DNA of 64,000 bases from an uncultured Thermoleophilia bacterium (GTDB lineage: Bacteria; Actinomycetota; Thermoleophilia; UBA2241): positions 31,676 to 95,675 of the forward strand of contig CAVPQD010000010.1 of assembly GCA_963707335.1 (NCBI GenBank), written 5' to 3'. The translations under genes and the position numbers were made by a program. Below the pieces are notes generated by a model, which was not told where the DNA came from, searched no databases, and saw only the letters and a list, made by a program, of their open reading frames with translations. Shown here in pieces: positions 1 through 11,403 of this stretch. Numbering within the stretch: the stretch's first letter is position 1; each line of letters starts with the position of its first letter.

Positions 1-1
1 C

Positions 2-271
2 GGCACCGTCGCGCGGATCCTGCGAGACGACGACGACGGCAGCCGGCACCAGCGCTTCATCGTCCGTCTGGCGTCGGGGCAGACCCTGCTGGTGGCGCAC
101 AACATCGACGTGGCCCCGAGGGTCGAGGACCTGCGAGAAGGCGACGCCGTCGCGTTCCGTGGTGTCTACGAATGGAGCGAGGAGGGCGGCACCATCCACT
201 GGACACATCGCGATCCCGACGGTCAGCACGCCGCAGGATGGATCCGGCACGAGGGTCGCACCTACCAGTAG
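2..271 (+). CDS. DUF3465-like protein, 5'-truncated by window edge (C-terminal ~89 aa)
   Basis: Frame starting at nt 2 reads ...RHQRFIVRLASGQTLLVAHNIDVAPRVEDLREGDAVAFRGVYEWSEEGGTIHWTHRDPDGQHAAGWIRHEGRTYQ* with TAG at 269-271; the motif string matches my recollection of the DUF3465 family. Confidence 0.45.
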   Translation, partial: GTVARILRDDDDGSRHQRFIVRLASGQTLLVAHNIDVAPRVEDLREGDAVAFRGVYEWSEEGGTIHWTHRDPDGQHAAGWIRHEGRTYQ

Positions 272-426
272 AGGCGCCCGCCGCCGAGGAGAGGCGCCGG
301 CGGCGGCCGGCCCATGCGACTCGGCGGACGTCGCCCAATCGGCTTGACATGCGGGCGCAGGGGTAACGGATACGATCATGGACTGCCGCGACCATCCCGT
401 CGAGAAGTCGAGGCGGCGCCACGCCG

Positions 427-1107
427 GTGTTCAACGGCGGCCTGCGCTGGGCCGCCGCCGTCGTCCTCGTGGCCGGCGGCCTGCTCCAGGCCGTCGAGTT
501 CGCGCTGGAGAACGCCCCCGACGACAACGCCGCGCGGGTGGCGCTCTGGAGCGAGCACCTGACGCGGCAGGGGGTGTCCGCGGCCGCAGGCCTGCTCGCC
601 GTGCCCTTCCTGCTGGGCGGGGTCGCCGTGCTCGTCGCCTTGACCCGCGGCGCCTCGCCGCGGCTGGCCTGGGCGGCCGGCACGCTCATGACCTTCGCCC
701 TGGTCGGCCTTGCCGCGGTGCACGGCTACGAGCTCGCCGCCTACGGGCTCGCGAGGTCCGGCGACCTCGCCGGGGCCACGGCGGTCCTGAACGGCGACGA
801 TCTCGGTCTGCCGGGGCCGGTCCTCTTCCTCATGTTCCTCGGCGGCGCGGTGCTGGGCACGCTGACCCTGGCGGCCGCCGTGTGGCGCTCGCCCCTCGTG
901 CCGCGCGTGGTCGCCGCCTTCATCCTCGCCTTCGCCGTGCTCGACTTCGCCGCCGGCTGGGGCTTCGTGAGCCACCTCGTCAACCTCGCCGGGCTGACGA
1001 TCGTCGCGGTCGCCGTCGTCACGGGTATACGCGCCGGCAGCCGGCCGGCGTCGCGGCGACTCGCCCCGGCCGACGAGCCGCGACCGGACGAGACCAGGGC
1101 GGCCTGA
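427..1107 (+). CDS. polytopic membrane protein of unknown function (about 6 hydrophobic helices; DUF4386-like)
   Basis: 226-aa ORF from GTG 427 with alternating hydrophobic helices (LLAVPFLLGGVAVLVAL, LMTFALVGLAAV, LFLMFLGGAVLGTLTLAAAV, VVAAFILAFAVLDFAAGW); no catalytic motif recognised. Confidence 0.4.
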   Translation: MFNGGLRWAAAVVLVAGGLLQAVEFALENAPDDNAARVALWSEHLTRQGVSAAAGLLAVPFLLGGVAVLVALTRGASPRLAWAAGTLMTFALVGLAAVHGYELAAYGLARSGDLAGATAVLNGDDLGLPGPVLFLMFLGGAVLGTLTLAAAVWRSPLVPRVVAAFILAFAVLDFAAGWGFVSHLVNLAGLTIVAVAVVTGIRAGSRPASRRLAPADEPRPDETRAA

Positions 1108-1130
1108 CGTCGGCTGCTGCGGCGCCTGCG

Positions 1131-1159
1131 TTGCCGCATCCGGCGCGACACAGTAAAGT
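1131..1159 (+). promoter_or_regulatory. candidate sigma-A type promoter for ilvC (TTGCCG-N17-TAAAGT)
   Basis: Hexamers read directly: TTGCCG 1131-1136, 17-nt spacer, TAAAGT 1154-1159, about 55 nt upstream of the ilvC ATG; GAGGAG RBS at 1199-1204. Confidence 0.25.
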
Positions 1160-1213
1160 CCTACGTTCGGAGTGCACCCCGCCCCCAGCGGGCGTACGAG
1201 GAGGAGACTGCGC

Positions 1214-2221
<1,008 letters not shown>

Positions 2222-2246
2222 CCCGCGGCGACGCCGTGACGACGAC

Positions 2247-2286
2247 GGGGGCGGCGGGAGCGCCATCGGCGCTCCCCGCCGCCCCC
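2247..2286. terminator. long perfect GC palindrome (18-19 bp stem, 3-nt loop) between convergent ilvC and VOC pseudogene; U-tract-less terminator/REP-like
   Basis: gggggcggcgggagcgcc-atc-ggcgctccccgccgccccc read directly; member of the palindrome family also seen at 5947, 6558 and 61893. Confidence 0.4.
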
Positions 2287-2304
2287 GTTCCGCGCGGGGC
2301 CGGC

Positions 2305-2710
2305 TCAGGCCGCCTTGCGCATGTATCTGGTCTGCTCGTTGTTGAGGGCGATGACGTTGCCCTCGCTGTCCTTGAACCACGCGCTCTTGAGGTCGCCCAG
2401 GGTCGCGACGCCGTTGACCGTCTTGAGTCCCGGGCAGGTCGTAGTCCTCGAATTTCACGCCGCGCCCGCGCAGCTCGTCCACTGTGCCATCGAAGTCCTG
2501 CACGATGAGTGAGGCGACGGTGGTCTCGCCGCGCTCGTAGCTGCTCTTGTAGAGGAACAGGTAGCCGTGACCTACCTCGACGAGTCGCGCCGTCGGGTCT
2601 TCATCCATCGTCTGGATGCTGAAGCCCAGCTTGTCCCGATAGAAGCTCGCGGCCCTGTCGATGTCGTCCACCGCGATGACCGGCATGACCCACGAATCCT
2701 TGATCGCCAT
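2305..2710 (-). pseudogene. glyoxalase/bleomycin-resistance/dioxygenase (VOC) family protein, frameshifted paralog of the 6038-6445 gene
   Basis: N-term MAIKDSWVMPVIAVDDIDRAASFYRDKLGF...VKFEDYDLPG aligns with the intact paralog (...VRFEEYDIPGGPKTINGIATRDVDKGAWFKDSEGNIL...). After DLPG the frame is lost: cccgggactcaagacggtc (19 nt) replaces cccggcgggcccaagaccatc (21 nt). The C-term LKTVNGVATLGDLKSAWFKDSEGNVIALNNEQTRYMRKAA* continues in another frame to TGA (rc) at 2305-2307. Real pseudogene versus consensus error is unresolved. Confidence 0.7.
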
Positions 2711-3148
2711 GCGATCCTCCTTTCAGTCGGATGCTGAAGGCCTTCCCGCGGCGGCGGTGGTGCAGACCGTCTCGCACGTCGCGGGCCCCAGCCGCCCGGT
2801 CGGAGAGGCCGGCGCGGCGCACCCAGCGCGTCATCGCGCGGCCGGCTGGACACGGCGCGCGCGCGCTCCGCTATGCTCCCCGCCATGCGAGTCTCGTCTC
2901 ATCGCCCGTCGTAGGGGCTGATGAGGTCAGGCCGGCCCACCCGGCTCCGCCTCATCAGCCGGCTCCCGCATCCCACCACGAAGCCCCGCAGCGCCTCAGG
3001 CCCGCGCGCCTGCTGCCGCGCCTGACGATCCATCGATCGCCCCCCTTGTGACGTCGTCCGTATGGCGGCTACAATGCCGCCTTCGCTTCCTGCTCACACC
3101 GCCGGCCCACGACCACTCGGCCGCCGCCACCATCAGAAAGGAAGACCG

Positions 3149-4309
3149 ATGCTGAAGCGCTTTCTCCTGACCCCCGGCCCCACGCCCGTGCCGCCCGAGG
3201 TGCTCTCCGCGCTGAGCGAGCCCGTCGTGCACCATCGCGCTCCGCGTTTCACCGAGATCCTCAAGGACGTCGTCGCCGGGATGAAGCACGTCTACCAGAC
3301 CGAGAACGACGTGCTCGTCTTCTCGGCCAGCGGCACCGGCGCCATGGAGTCCGCCGTGGTCAACGTCGTGAACCCCGGCGACCACGTGCTCGTGGCCAGC
3401 ATCGGCAACTTCGGCGAGCGCTGGGTCAAGCTCAACAAGACCTGGGGCGCCGAGGTGACGGCGCTCACCTACGACTGGGGCACCAAGGCCGACCCCGCGG
3501 ACATCGAGAAGGCGCTCGCCGCCGATCCCGCCATCAAGGCCGTCTACGTGCAGTTCAGCGAGACGTCCACCGGCGTCGTCAACGACATCCGGGCCATCGG
3601 CGAGATCGTCGCGGCGACGCCCGCCATCCTCGTGGTGGACGCCATCAGCGGCCTCGGCGCGACCGACCTGAAGACCGACGCGTGGCACGTCGACATCTGC
3701 GTGGCCGGCTCCCAGAAGGCCCTCATGGTGCCGCCCGGCCTGGCCTACGTCGCCGTGAGCGAGAAGGCCTGGAAGGTCGTCGAGGCCTGCCAGACGCCGC
3801 GCTTCTACTACGACTACATCACCTACCGCAAGAAGATGACCGGCGACAGCGCCCAGACGCCGTACACGCCGGCGGTGTCGCTGATGGTCGCGCAGAACCG
3901 CGCCATCGAGCTCATCCGCGAGGAGGGCCTGGAGAACGTGTTCGAGCGGCACCGCTGGCTCGGCAAGGCCTGCAAGGCCGGCGTGCAGGCGCTCGGCATC
4001 GAGCTGTTCGGCCCGGACGACCCCGAGGCCAACAGCGTCACCGCCTGCAAGGTGCCGGCCGGCGTGGACGGCGGCAAGATCACCAAGCTGGCCCGCGACA
4101 AGTACGGCGTGTGGCTCGCCGGCGGGCAGGGCCAGCTCAAGGGTCAGATCTTCCGCTTCGGCCACTGCGGCTACTTCGGCGCCAGCGACATCCTCGTCGG
4201 GCTCGGCGTGCTGGAGATGGTCCTGGCCGAGCTCGGCTACGACGTCAAGTGGGGCGCCGGCAGCGGCGCCGCGGCCCAGGTGCTCGCGCAGAGCCCCGTG
4301 CAGCTCTGA
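3149..4309 (+). CDS. class-V aminotransferase (serine-glyoxylate/alanine-glyoxylate/phosphoserine aminotransferase family); likely the phosphoserine aminotransferase partner of serA
   Basis: MLKRFLLTPGPTPVPPEVLSALSEPVVHHRAPRFTEILKDV... is a typical AGAT/SGAT-family N-terminus; SQKALMVPPGLA is a PLP-lysine context; ATG 3149 behind a GAAAGGAAG RBS; 14 nt upstream of serA. Confidence 0.85.
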   Translation: MLKRFLLTPGPTPVPPEVLSALSEPVVHHRAPRFTEILKDVVAGMKHVYQTENDVLVFSASGTGAMESAVVNVVNPGDHVLVASIGNFGERWVKLNKTWGAEVTALTYDWGTKADPADIEKALAADPAIKAVYVQFSETSTGVVNDIRAIGEIVAATPAILVVDAISGLGATDLKTDAWHVDICVAGSQKALMVPPGLAYVAVSEKAWKVVEACQTPRFYYDYITYRKKMTGDSAQTPYTPAVSLMVAQNRAIELIREEGLENVFERHRWLGKACKAGVQALGIELFGPDDPEANSVTACKVPAGVDGGKITKLARDKYGVWLAGGQGQLKGQIFRFGHCGYFGASDILVGLGVLEMVLAELGYDVKWGAGSGAAAQVLAQSPVQL

Positions 4310-4322
4310 GGGGGGCGACGAC

Positions 4323-5924
4323 ATGACTGACGTGAAGAAGGTCCTGGTCAAGGAGAAGCTCGCCCCGGAGGGCGTGGCCTTCCTGGAGGCGCAGGGCTTC
4401 CAGGTCGACGTGGGGACGGACTGGGACGCCGACGAGCTCCTGCGCCGCATCCCCGAGTACCACGGCCTCATCATCCGCTCGGCCACCAAGGTCACGGCGG
4501 ACGTGATCCAGGCGGGCGCCAACCTGCAGGTGGTCGGGCGCGCCGGCGTCGGCGTCGACAACGTCGACGTGAAGGAGGCGACGAAGCGCGGCATCATCGT
4601 CGTGAACGCCCCGCAGAGCAACGTGCTGTCGGCGGCCGAGCACACGGTGGCGCTCATCATGGCCTGCGCCCGCAACATCCCGCAGGCCTTCGCCGACCTC
4701 AAGCAGGGCCGCTGGGAGAAGGGCAGGTGGGGCAAGGCGGGCGTCGAGCTCCGCGGCAAGACGCTCGGCATCATCGGCCTCGGGCGCATCGGCTTCCTCG
4801 TCGCCGAGGACGCTCGCGGCCTGGGCATGGAGGTGCTCGCCTACGACCCGTTCGTGCCGGCCGAGAAGTTCCACGAGCTCGGTCTCGAGCGCGCCGACAA
4901 CCCGGACAAGATCTACCGCGAGGCCGACTTCATCACCGTGCACCTGCCCAAGAACGCCGAGACGCTCGGCTTCATCGGCGACGAGGAGTTCGCCAAGATG
5001 AAGGACGGCGTGCGGGTCATCAACGTGGCGCGCGGCGGCATCGTCGACGAGGAGGCCTGGGCGCGCGCCATCGAGAGCGGCAAGGTGGCCGCGTCGGCCG
5101 TGGACGTCTATCCCAAGGAGCCGACGACCGAGAGCCCGCTGTTCAAGTACGACAGCGTCGTGGCGACGCCGCACCTCGGCGCCCGCACGGTGGAGGCGCA
5201 GCTGCGCGCCAGCACGATCATCGCCGAGCAGGTGGCGGCGGTGCTCAAGGGCGAGTTCGCGAGCAACGCCGTGAACATCCCGCTCGCGCCCGGCGAGGAC
5301 GCGGACGAGCTCATGCCCTTCCTCGGGCTCTGCGAGCGGCTCGGCAAGCTCATCGTGCAGATCGCCGACGGTCCCGTCGACACGTTCGAGATCGGCTACG
5401 GCGGCGGCATCGCGCGGTACGACACGCGCATCCTCACGCTCGGCGTGCTGCAGGGCGTGCTCGCCGACAAGGTCGACGGGCCGGTCAACTTCGTCAACGT
5501 GCAGAGCATCGCCGAGGAGCGCGGCATCGGCGCGAAGGAGACGAAGCAGCCGGCCGCGGTCGACTTCCTCAACCTGATCACGGTGACGACCCACGACGCG
5601 CAGGGCGAGCTCTCCGTGTCGGGCACGACGCTCGGCCCGAAGCACCGGCCGCGCCTCGTGAAGGTCTACCGCCAGGACGTCGACATCGAGCCGGCGCCGC
5701 ACATGGTCTTCCTGCGGTACGCGGACGTGCCGGGCATGATCGGCAAGATCGGCACCAAGGTCGGCGAGTTCGGCATCAACATCGGGCAGATGGGCGTCGG
5801 CCGTGAGGTCCTGGACCAGAAGGCCGTGATGGGGCTCACGCTCGACGAGCCGATCTCGCACGAGCAGCTGAACGAGCTGGTCGAGAGCTGCGGGCTCGCG
5901 GACGGCAAGCGGGTCGAGCTCTAG
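4323..5924 (+). CDS. serA: D-3-phosphoglycerate dehydrogenase (long form with C-terminal ACT domain)
   Basis: 533 aa with the 2-hydroxyacid dehydrogenase fold (GLGRIGFLVAEDARGLGMEVLAYDP NAD motif) and a C-terminal ACT-like region (PHMVFLRYADVPGMIGKIGTKVGEFGINIGQMGVGRE); intact. Confidence 0.9.
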   Translation: MTDVKKVLVKEKLAPEGVAFLEAQGFQVDVGTDWDADELLRRIPEYHGLIIRSATKVTADVIQAGANLQVVGRAGVGVDNVDVKEATKRGIIVVNAPQSNVLSAAEHTVALIMACARNIPQAFADLKQGRWEKGRWGKAGVELRGKTLGIIGLGRIGFLVAEDARGLGMEVLAYDPFVPAEKFHELGLERADNPDKIYREADFITVHLPKNAETLGFIGDEEFAKMKDGVRVINVARGGIVDEEAWARAIESGKVAASAVDVYPKEPTTESPLFKYDSVVATPHLGARTVEAQLRASTIIAEQVAAVLKGEFASNAVNIPLAPGEDADELMPFLGLCERLGKLIVQIADGPVDTFEIGYGGGIARYDTRILTLGVLQGVLADKVDGPVNFVNVQSIAEERGIGAKETKQPAAVDFLNLITVTTHDAQGELSVSGTTLGPKHRPRLVKVYRQDVDIEPAPHMVFLRYADVPGMIGKIGTKVGEFGINIGQMGVGREVLDQKAVMGLTLDEPISHEQLNELVESCGLADGKRVEL

Positions 5925-5946
5925 ACGGTCGGAGCATCAGAGGGAC

Positions 5947-5989
5947 GGACGGGCCGGGCGGCGCCTTGAAGGCGCCGCCCGGCCCGTCC
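5947..5989. terminator. perfect GC palindrome (19-bp stem, TTGAA loop) between convergent serA and VOC gene; bidirectional terminator candidate
   Basis: ggacgggccgggcggcgcc-ttgaa-ggcgccgcccggcccgtcc read directly, 23 nt after the serA stop; no U tract. Confidence 0.45.
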
Positions 5990-6037
5990 ATTCCGGCCTC
6001 TCGCGACCGGCCTCGAGGCTGTCGCGCTCGTCTGACT

Positions 6038-6445
6038 CTACGCGGCGAGCGTCTGGTGGGCGCAGAGGATGTTGCCCTCGCTGTCCTTGAACCAGGCGCC
6101 CTTGTCGACGTCGCGCGTGGCGATCCCGTTGATGGTCTTGGGCCCGCCGGGGATGTCGTACTCCTCGAACCTGACGCCGTGCGAGCGCAGCTCGGTGACG
6201 GTGGCCTCGAGGTCGTCGACCTCGAAGGTCAGCGCCGTGTTGTCGGCCTTGGTGCGGCCGCGCTCGTAGAGCATGATCAGCGAGCCCTTGCCGGCGTGCA
6301 CGAACAGTGCCTCGGGCATGTCGGACCTGGTCTCGGTCTCCAGGCCGAGCTTCTCCTCGTAGAAGGAACGAGCTCGCGTCAAGTCCTCCGCCGGGAGCGT
6401 GGTCGCCGCCGGCGCGGTGGAAAGTCGGGTGGTGACTCGTGTCAT
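6038..6445 (-). CDS. glyoxalase/VOC family protein (intact paralog of 2305-2710)
   Basis: MTRVTTRLSTAPAATTLPAEDLTRARSFYEEKLGLETE...GVRFEEYDIPGGPKTINGIATRDVDKGAWFKDSEGNILCAHQTLAA*; 135 aa; start ATG (rc) at 6443-6445, stop (rc) at 6038-6040. Confidence 0.8.
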   Translation of the reverse strand: MTRVTTRLSTAPAATTLPAEDLTRARSFYEEKLGLETETRSDMPEALFVHAGKGSLIMLYERGRTKADNTALTFEVDDLEATVTELRSHGVRFEEYDIPGGPKTINGIATRDVDKGAWFKDSEGNILCAHQTLAA

Positions 6446-6557
6446 GGCGCTCTCCTCCATGCGATATCGCGGATCGCTTGCCGCGAGCCTTCCCCGGTGG
6501 CCCCCAGTGAAACAGGAGTGGCGTTGTCCGGGATGGCCGGGGTGAAGGCGGCGGGGA

Positions 6558-6601
6558 GCGGACGGGCGGCGGGCGGCGCTGCCGCCCGCCGCCCGTCCGC
6601 C
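6558..6601. repeat. 20-bp-stem perfect GC palindrome in the divergent VOC / leuA-leader intergenic region (REP-like or regulatory hairpin)
   Basis: gcggacgggcggcgggcggc-gct-gccgcccgccgcccgtccgc read directly; shares the GGACGGGC...GCCCGTCC core with the 5947 palindrome. Confidence 0.4.
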
Positions 6602-6645
6602 CTTGCTTGCGCCCGCGCTCACGCCTGACATACACTCACCGGACC

Positions 6646-6756
6646 ATGCGTCGCGGCGTCACAAGCGAGTCGCCCCGGGAGGACCACATTGAGGTACGCG
6701 CCCGCGTCCTCGACCTCCTCGGCTGCCTGCTGCTCCCCCCGCGGGGGGATGCGTAG
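6646..6756 (+). promoter_or_regulatory. candidate leucine-rich leader peptide ORF (36 aa) with terminal palindrome, about 95 nt upstream of leuA (possible attenuator)
   Basis: ATG 6646 ... MRRGVTSESPREDHIEVRARVLDLLGCLLLPPRGDA* with TAG at 6754-6756; 6 Leu codons within 9 codons (6709-6735) immediately followed by CCCCCCGCGGGGGG (6735-6748). Not in the ORF track, which shows only longer ORFs. Confidence 0.3.
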
Positions 6757-6850
6757 ACACCTGCCGGCCTGTACGGCCACCTTCGGGATCACATCCGGAT
6801 CCACTGACCTTCACAACGGCGACGTCCGCCCTGGGAGGTGGAGGTAACTC

Positions 6851-8386
<1,536 letters not shown>

Positions 8387-8387
<1 letters not shown>

Positions 8388-9683
8388 TGGGTTCCACGAT
8401 CACCGAGAAGATCCTGGCCCGGGCGGCCGGCAAGGACGCCGTCCGGGCGGGCGACATCATCGAGGCGCGCGTCGACCTGGCGCTCGCCAACGACATCACG
8501 GCGCCGCTGGCCATCGCGGAGTTCGAGAAGGCCGGGTTCACGAAGGTCTTCGACCCGGCCCGCATCGCCCTCGTGCCGGACCACTTCACGCCCAACAAGG
8601 ACATCAAGGCGGCGGGTCAGAGCAAGAAGATGCGCGACTTCGCTCGCCGCCACGAGATCGTCAACTACTTCGAGGTCGGCCGCGTCGGCATCGAGCACGT
8701 CCTCCTGCCCGACCAGGGCATGGTGGCGCCGGGCGACGTCGTCGTCGGCGCCGACTCGCACACCTGCACCTACGGCGCCGTCGCCGCCTTCAGCACCGGC
8801 GTCGGCAGCACCGACTTCGCCGCCGCCATGGCCTGGGGCCACGTCTGGCTGCGCGTGCCGGAGAGCATCAGGTTCGTCTACCACGGCAAGCTCCAGCCCT
8901 ACGTGACGGGCAAGGACCTGATGCTGCACACCATCGGCCTGATCGGCGTCGACGGCGCGCTCTACCAGGCGATGGAGTTCGCCGGCGAGGCCATCGAGGG
9001 CCTCTCCATGGACGCCCGCTTCACGATGTGCAACATGGCGATCGAGGCCGGCGGCAAGAGCGGCATCGTCGGCTTCGACGAGAAGACGACGAGCTACCTG
9101 CAGGGCCGGCCGGAGGGCAGCCGGGCGCGCGCCGCGGGCCAGGTGTTCGCGAGCGACGCCGACGCGGAGTATGCGCGCGTCATCGACGTCGACGCCGCCG
9201 CCGTGCCGCTCGACCGTGAGCAAGCCGCACCTGCCCTCGAACGCCGCCGCCGCGGCCGACCTCGCGGACATCACGATCGACCAGGTCGTCATCGGCAGCT
9301 GCACCAACGGCCGCCTCGAGGACCTGCGTCAGGCGGCCTCCATCCTGCGCGGCCGCACGGTGCACCCCGACGTCCGCGCCATCATCCTGCCCGGCACGCA
9401 GCAGGTGTGCCTGGACGCGGCCGCCGACGGCACCATGCAGGCGCTCATCGAGGCGGGCTGCGCCTTCAGCACGCCCACCTGCGGCCCCTGCCTGGGCGGA
9501 CACATGGGCGTGCTCGCCGAGGGCGAGCGCGCCGTGTCCACGACCAACCGCAACTTCGTGGGCCGCATGGGGCACACGGGCAGCGAGGTGTACCTGGCGA
9601 GCCCCTACGTGGCCGCCGCCTCCGCCGTGGCCGGCCACATCGCGACACCCGACATGGTCGGCGCGGGGAAGGAGTCCCGATGA
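8387..9683 (+). CDS. leuC: 3-isopropylmalate dehydratase large subunit (short aconitase-family type); one frame disruption (about 9225)
   Basis: ATG 8387 overlaps the leuA stop (ATGA). [46 protein letters not shown]... and [30 protein letters not shown] are LeuC motifs. Frame lost after AAVPLD and resumes as [36 protein letters not shown]...CGPCLG to the stop at 9681-9683. Confidence 0.9.
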
Positions 9684-10180
9684 TCTTCGAGGGGACCGTC
9701 CACGCCTACGGCCGGGACGTCGACACGGACGTGATCATCCCGGCCCGCTACCTCAACACCAACGACCCCGCGGAGCTCGCGAAGCACGCGATGGAGGACA
9801 TCGACGCGGACTTCGTGGACCGCGTGCGGCCCGGCGACATCATCGTCGCGCTGGAGAACTTCGGCTGCGGCAGCTCCCGCGAGCACGCGCCGGTGGCCAT
9901 CAGCGCCTCCGGCGTGAGTTGCGTGGTGGCCTCGTCGTTCGCGCGCATCTTCTACCGCAACGCCATCAACACGGGCCTGCCCATCGTCGTCTGCCCGGCG
10001 GCGGCGAGCGAGGCGCGGTCGGGAGACCGCCTGCGCGTGGACCTCGCCGCCGGCACCGTCGAGAACCTCACGCAGGGCAAGCGCTACGAGGCCGAGGCCT
10101 TCCCGCCCTTCATGCAGGACCTCATCGACCGGGGCGGGCTGATGCCCTACGTGAAGGCCCGCCTCGAGGAGCAGGCGTGA
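9680..10180 (+). CDS. leuD: 3-isopropylmalate dehydratase small subunit
   Basis: [45 protein letters not shown]...[16 protein letters not shown]; start overlaps the leuC stop (ATGA); intact. Confidence 0.9.
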   Translation: MIFEGTVHAYGRDVDTDVIIPARYLNTNDPAELAKHAMEDIDADFVDRVRPGDIIVALENFGCGSSREHAPVAISASGVSCVVASSFARIFYRNAINTGLPIVVCPAAASEARSGDRLRVDLAAGTVENLTQGKRYEAEAFPPFMQDLIDRGGLMPYVKARLEEQA

Positions 10181-10242
10181 ACGGCGCGAGCCGAACGGAC
10201 ACGGACACACTGCAAGCCCATTCGTCATCGGAGAGAGGAACC

Positions 10243-11325
10243 ATGGGGATGACGTACAAGATCGCGGTACTGCCGGGCGATGGCACGGGGCCCGAGGTGG
10301 TCGTTGAAGGATTGAAAGTCCTGCAGGCGGCCGCCGCCAAGCACCAGTTCACGCTCGACCTGACGCACTACGACTTCGGCGGCGACCGCTACCTGCGTAC
10401 CGGCGAGATCCTGCCGGCCTCGGCCGTCGAAGAGCTGAAGGGATTCGACTCGATCTACCTCGGCGCTGTGGGGCACCCGGACGTCGAGCCCGGCATCCTG
10501 GAAAAGGGCCTCCTCCTCCGCCTCCGCTTCGAGCTGGACCAGTACATCAACCTGCGTCCCGTGCGTCTCTACCCCGGCGTCGAGACTCCGCTGAAGGACA
10601 AAGGCCCGAAGGAGATCGACTACACTGTGGTCCGCGAGAACTCCGGCGACATGTACGCCGGCGGCGGCGGCATCATGATGAAAGACACGCCGCATGAAGT
10701 CGCCGTGCAGAACATGCTGTACAGCCGCGCCCAGGTCGACCGCTGTCTGCGCTGGGCGTTCGAGTACGCGCGAAAGCACGGCAAGAAGGCGCGCGGCATC
10801 GGCCCGGACAACACCCTCGGCCTGGTGGGCAAGACCAACGTGCTGACGTACGTCTACGACCTCTGGTCCCGTCGTTTCAACGAGATCGGCGAAGAGGAGT
10901 ATCCGGACGTCAAGCGCGAGTACTACCACGTGGACGCCACCTGCATGTGGATGGTGAAGAGCCCGGAGTGGTTCGACGTCCTGGTGACCGGCAACATGTT
11001 CGGCGACATCATCACGGACCTGGGTGCCATCACCCAGGGCGGGATGGGCGTCGCGGCCGGCGGCAACATCAACCCCGAGGGTGTCAGCATGTTCGAGCCC
11101 ATCGGCGGTTCGGCGCCCAAGTACACCGGCCTGGGTGTGATCAACCCCATCGCAGCCATCGTAGCCGGCGCGATGATGCTCGACACCTTGGGCGAGAGCC
11201 AGGCGGCGCAGGACGTCGAGAGCGCCGTGGCCGAGGTCACCGGCACGAAGATGAAGGCCATGGCATCCGGCAAGATGGGCTACTCGACGTCCGAGGTCGG
11301 CGACCTCGTGGCCGAGCGCGTTTGA
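10243..11325 (+). CDS. leuB: 3-isopropylmalate dehydrogenase (isocitrate/isopropylmalate DH family)
   Basis: MGMTYKIAVLPGDGTGPEVVVEGLKVL...NLRPVRLYPGVETPLKDK...GDIITDLGAITQGGMGVAAGGNINPEG...; ATG 10243 behind a GAGAGAGGAA RBS; intact. Confidence 0.9.
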   Translation: MGMTYKIAVLPGDGTGPEVVVEGLKVLQAAAAKHQFTLDLTHYDFGGDRYLRTGEILPASAVEELKGFDSIYLGAVGHPDVEPGILEKGLLLRLRFELDQYINLRPVRLYPGVETPLKDKGPKEIDYTVVRENSGDMYAGGGGIMMKDTPHEVAVQNMLYSRAQVDRCLRWAFEYARKHGKKARGIGPDNTLGLVGKTNVLTYVYDLWSRRFNEIGEEEYPDVKREYYHVDATCMWMVKSPEWFDVLVTGNMFGDIITDLGAITQGGMGVAAGGNINPEGVSMFEPIGGSAPKYTGLGVINPIAAIVAGAMMLDTLGESQAAQDVESAVAEVTGTKMKAMASGKMGYSTSEVGDLVAERV

Positions 11326-11403
11326 CGGTGCGAGAGGCTGAGTCACCCCTTGAGTAGAGGCTGAAACTGCCGCGCGGAGTGCGCGTGAAGGTCAGGAGGA
11401 CCG

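Noticed and set aside
57-689. 210-aa minus-strand ORF at the window start
   Set aside because: Antisense to the DUF3465-like fragment and the membrane protein; Arg/Ala/Pro-rich and without motifs; likely spurious.
2914-2961. Stem-loop containing CTGATGAG (hammerhead-ribozyme-like box) upstream of the aminotransferase gene
   Set aside because: Only the CUGAUGA box is present; the GAAA box and three-way junction geometry are absent. Kept only as a generic 12-bp hairpin in a divergent promoter region.
2996-4828. Long antisense ORFs listed in the track (for example 2996-4828 -, 4245-5861 -, 6659-8089 -, 33353-36211 -, 36702-38657 -, 45838-47082 -, 55483-58212 -), with Arg/Ala/Gly-rich low-complexity translations
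   Set aside because: They lie exactly opposite well-supported + strand genes (serC/serA, leuA, atpA-D, murA, manC, secA). Stop-codon depletion on the antisense strand is expected at about 70% GC, and their translations have no domain-like motifs.
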